A DNA stretch of 63,965 nucleotides, counting the filler, from Choristocarpus tenellus KU-1152 (Eukaryota; Protista; Phaeophyceae): the NCBI GenBank assembly GCA_964200185.2. It is 11 parts of 11 records of this genome, joined end to end, with 100 filler letters (N's around TTAATTAATTAA, not from the genome) between each part and the next. Parts side by side here need not be neighbours in the genome. Positions count along the whole stretch, not along the records: positions 51,390 to 63,965 come from CAXNAD020001780.1; 10 more parts are not named here. One strand, written 5' to 3'. Of this stretch, positions 61,067 to 63,965 are shown in pieces. The translations under genes and the position numbers were made by a program. How positions within the stretch are numbered: the stretch's first letter is position 1; the number at the start of each line of letters is the position of its first letter. The notes under the pieces were generated by a model. The model was not told the DNA's origin, ran no database searches, and saw nothing but the letters and a program-made list of their open reading frames with translations.

Positions 61067-61500
61067 AAATAACTGTAAATTTGCTACCCGATTTAATTCC
61101 AACTACAATATCTTTCAGTCCGCAACACTGCAAATTTGGGGACGTCATTCTGTCAATACGTTTGGGGTCTTGGGATTCGTTTTCTTGCGTCTTTGATGAA
61201 TCATGCGCCATAGCCAGCCCAAAGGTGTACAGTCACGTGCGTTATGCTGTCACGCTACTCCACGTCCTATGTACAGGAGAAATACTATATAGTGCATTTG
61301 GGTATGTACAATACCTTTCTCTGTGCTCGGTGTATCAGATATTGTACTATTTTCGGTGGCTGTGTTTAGTGCCTTCCTTATATGGTCTCTCCTCTTCCTC
61401 GGTCTCTGTTGTCCCAATTTGATACGTTGTCTTCTCCCCTTCAATTTCCTTGCTTTCCCTACACAACAATCTGTGATTTTTTAACTCGCACTATTAAAAA

Positions 61501-61789
61501 ATGGATTCTGTCTCGAGGGGAAACAGTTTGGATGCTGTGAGCGTCAGAAGTGGGGCGAGCCGGAGGATCGGTTCTTCGGAGAGCTTGGGGTCAGGCACAC
61601 ATATTGTTCGCCCTAAGACAAAGAGATCAAGGACCCAACCACCGAAACTATTGGACAACTCGGACTATCGGGACTGGCGGAGCCATTTCTCATCGTGCAT
61701 TGCAGATATACCCACTGCTTGGGTTCGTTGACAAGTGAAAGACCAGTCAATCAAGAAGGCTCCTATGAGGAACTTCTCTCGGACGGCTT
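61501..61789 (+). pseudogene. Possible N-terminus of a Copia-type Gag, interrupted by an LTR
   Basis: PPKLLDNSDYRDWRSHF resembles the Copia Gag N-terminal PxLxxxNYxxW pattern; the frame closes at 61731. Confidence 0.45.
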
Positions 61790-62160
61790 TGTTCATAGAT
61801 AGCGCTGCTGATACAAATAGACACCACCGGTGGATTATGTAATAGGATGGAGAGCCAGTGACAGATATATTATATGTACTGACTCATAGTGTCCATTTAT
61901 TTTTGTGACAAGTTCAAGATACACTTTCTATACTTAAGACAAGTAAATAAGTGATTCATAGTAACTTAGTGTGGACGATTGCAAACCCCACACTATAGAA
62001 ATAATAGTGATAGTTAAGACTAGTCTCACCCACATATTCAGTCAGTGGAATCGAAGCTATAAGCCCTCTTGTAATACTAATGTTGCATATCTACACCAAG
62101 CTATTCACCGTCTTTCATCAAAGCACCAAAGCCACAGGTCCTGTGTGGGATGCTTCAATA
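61790..62160 (+). mobile_element. LTR copy A (TGTT...TTCAATA)
   Basis: The start TGTTCATAGATAGCGCTGCTGATACA matches 63682. The end CTTGTAATACTAA...AAAGCACCAAAGCC...TTCAATA matches the ends of 36044-36368 and 63443. Confidence 0.8.
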
Positions 62161-62239
62161 CGCTACGTAGCGGACCGATTATTCCTGGGACGTTGTGTTG
62201 ATCGACAAGGCTAGTAGTGAGCAAATTATTGTTTGCAAC

Positions 62240-63050
62240 ATGTCTGCAACCAACACCACCAAGATTACATCACTGCCAACATTCGCTGGAAAGTTGGGCG
62301 AAGACTTCTACGCTTTTGCGGTGAGGGCCCAGGCCACGCTGGGTGTCCATGATTGTGCAACTGCTTTACATGGCCCAGACATCATCTGTGGTGGGCCCAT
62401 CTGGGCAGTGGATGTGGAATCACCGAGTTCGCTGAACAATGAAGGTGACGACATCGCACAACCTTCAACGGTACCTGTTCCGACTACAGCAAGCAACGGC
62501 GACCTTCAATTGGGCACTACACGGGCAAAGAAAGAATGGCAGCTCATACCGATCATGCTAGAAGATCGTGTCTTGCATGTGTTCATCGCGCCTGGGTCTC
62601 CAAGTGCAAGGTGGCGCGCCTTTGATGCGGCGTTCATGCCAAAGACCTGCCAGGAGGCAAGATACGTACGCCAGGAGCTGGATCGCCTGTCTATTGACGA
62701 TAGGAAGGACCCTTCGCCAGGGCTTACAGAGTTGTCAAGATTAACTACGAGACTGGAGTCGATGGGAGAGGTGATAGCAGAAGAGACAAAGGTGGCCACG
62801 ATTCTCAACAAGCTTGGGGAGAACTACTCCCAAGTCAAGAGCTTCGTAGATTTCGGGGAAACGAAGACAGTGAAGGAGGTTGAAGATATGGTGGTGACGA
62901 GGTAAAAATACCTCCAAGCGATCGACATGGGCAAGTCCACTGGGAGTGGCCATGCTTTGGTTGCGAGTGCGGGAAAGAGTTCCTCAGGCAGAAAGGGGCG
63001 CGGGAAGAGATGCATAGTTTGTTACATGTGTGGCAAAAACTATATACACC
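62240..63050 (+). pseudogene. Ty1/Copia Gag relic with one in-frame stop and a broken zinc knuckle
   Basis: LPTFAGKLGEDFYAF...SPSARWRAF...KVATILNKLGENYSQVK. TAA at 62903-62905, after which the same frame continues HALVA...GRKGRGKR...CYMCGKNYIH. No pol follows. Confidence 0.88.
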
Positions 63051-63443
63051 ATCGGTGGAGTAGATTAGGAAATGCAGACACCACTGGTGGAGTAATGGAG
63101 GAAAGGTAGAGCCAGATATATGTTTCAGTATATTTCAGTTGGGCTCTACGCAACGTTCATGTATTGTAGTTCATGTATGGTAGGGACCTGATATTGGATC
63201 ATCAGTTGATATATCACATATGGCACGTATGATAATAAGTAGATATGATTCTTTTCTAGTTATTCATGTGGACGTTGCAAATCCCACATGGTAGTCTGCA
63301 CTGGTCTTACCCACCTTCTCTGTGAGCGAAATCGAGACCACTAGACCCTTGTAATACTAACTTTGTTCATCTAAATCAAGCTTTTCTTTGTCCGTCATTA
63401 AAGCGCCATATCAGCCCCGGGTCCAGTGTGGGATAGTTCAACA
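63039..63443 (+). mobile_element. LTR copy B, 5' end clipped, ends TTCAACA
   Basis: Aligns with 36044-36368 (reverse) and 63682-63965. Confidence 0.85.
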
Positions 63444-63681
63444 ATACGCACCAAAACCCGAGCGAGCTTTTCCGAGCAATAGATGATTGGTTCATGTCTA
63501 ATACAGTGGGTAATAGCCAACATTTGTTCCGTGAGTTTTTCATTTCAAGGGCGGAGAAGGGGGCGAATCTGATCCTAAACTTAAACCACTTGGAAGAGCT
63601 ACGGGGGAGGATGCTATCAATGGACCTGGTCATCTCGGACAAGCTGCTGCTCCTACAGTTCCTGAGTGCTCTCGGATCAGA
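63444..63681 (+). pseudogene. Fragment of a second, different Copia-type Gag between two LTRs
   Basis: NPSELFRAIDDWFMSNTVGNSQHLFREF...LEELRGRM...ISDKLLLLQFLSAL follows the Copia Gag capsid helical pattern (by-eye resemblance). Confidence 0.6.
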
Positions 63682-63965
63682 TGTTCGTAGATAGTGCTGC
63701 TGATACACTATAGACACCATCGGTGGAGTAGATTAGGAAAGATAAATACCACCAGTGGGATAATGGAATAATGGAGTAAAGGAATAATGGGATAATGGAG
63801 TAATGGGGTAAAGGAGTAATGAGGGAAAAGTAGTGACAGATAAATGTTTCGGTGTATCTTAGTTGAAGTCTGCACTAACCATATATGATGCAGTGACTGT
63901 ATTCTTTTCTGATTATCCATGTGGACGTTGCAAATCCCACATGGTAGGCTGCACTGGTCTTACCC
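63682..63965 (+). mobile_element. LTR copy C, cut by the window end
   Basis: Starts TGTTCGTAGATAGTGCTGCTGATAC and contains an expanded GG(A/G)(A/G)TAAT-type purine-rich repeat at about 63757-63822. Confidence 0.85.

Noticed and set aside
62903-62905. Programmed readthrough of the Gag stop
   Set aside because: TAA in a decayed element with a broken zinc knuckle is more simply a nonsense mutation.

Overview
Eukaryotic, intron-rich, repeat-rich DNA. It is not one locus but 11 contigs joined by artificial 100-nt spacers (N44-TTAATTAATTAA-N44), so adjacency across spacers is meaningless. The RTE-type LINE fragment, Copia relics, long introns and intronic TTAGGG repeats suggest a stramenopile, probably a brown alga or close relative (inference). 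Spliced genes reconstructed by hand: a DUF5522 + PP-loop (Dph6-like) fusion, a small basic LRGG protein, an MFS sugar transporter, a TTBK/CK1-group kinase with a GC-AG intron, EFL1 with a 135-aa insertion, a complete 196-aa ubiquitin-like + winged-helix-like gene, a QSOX-like oxidase and RSL1D1. Also present: an intronless expansin-like gene, tRNA-Asp(GTC), about 20 MITE copies in 5 related families with 3-bp TSDs, a Copia LTR/gag cluster, and a 344-nt foldback that looks like a small-RNA precursor. No complete multi-gene novel system is demonstrable. The best leads are the DUF5522-PP-loop fusion, the foldback, the UBL-wHTH gene, the expansin and a covarying stem-loop in the LTRs.
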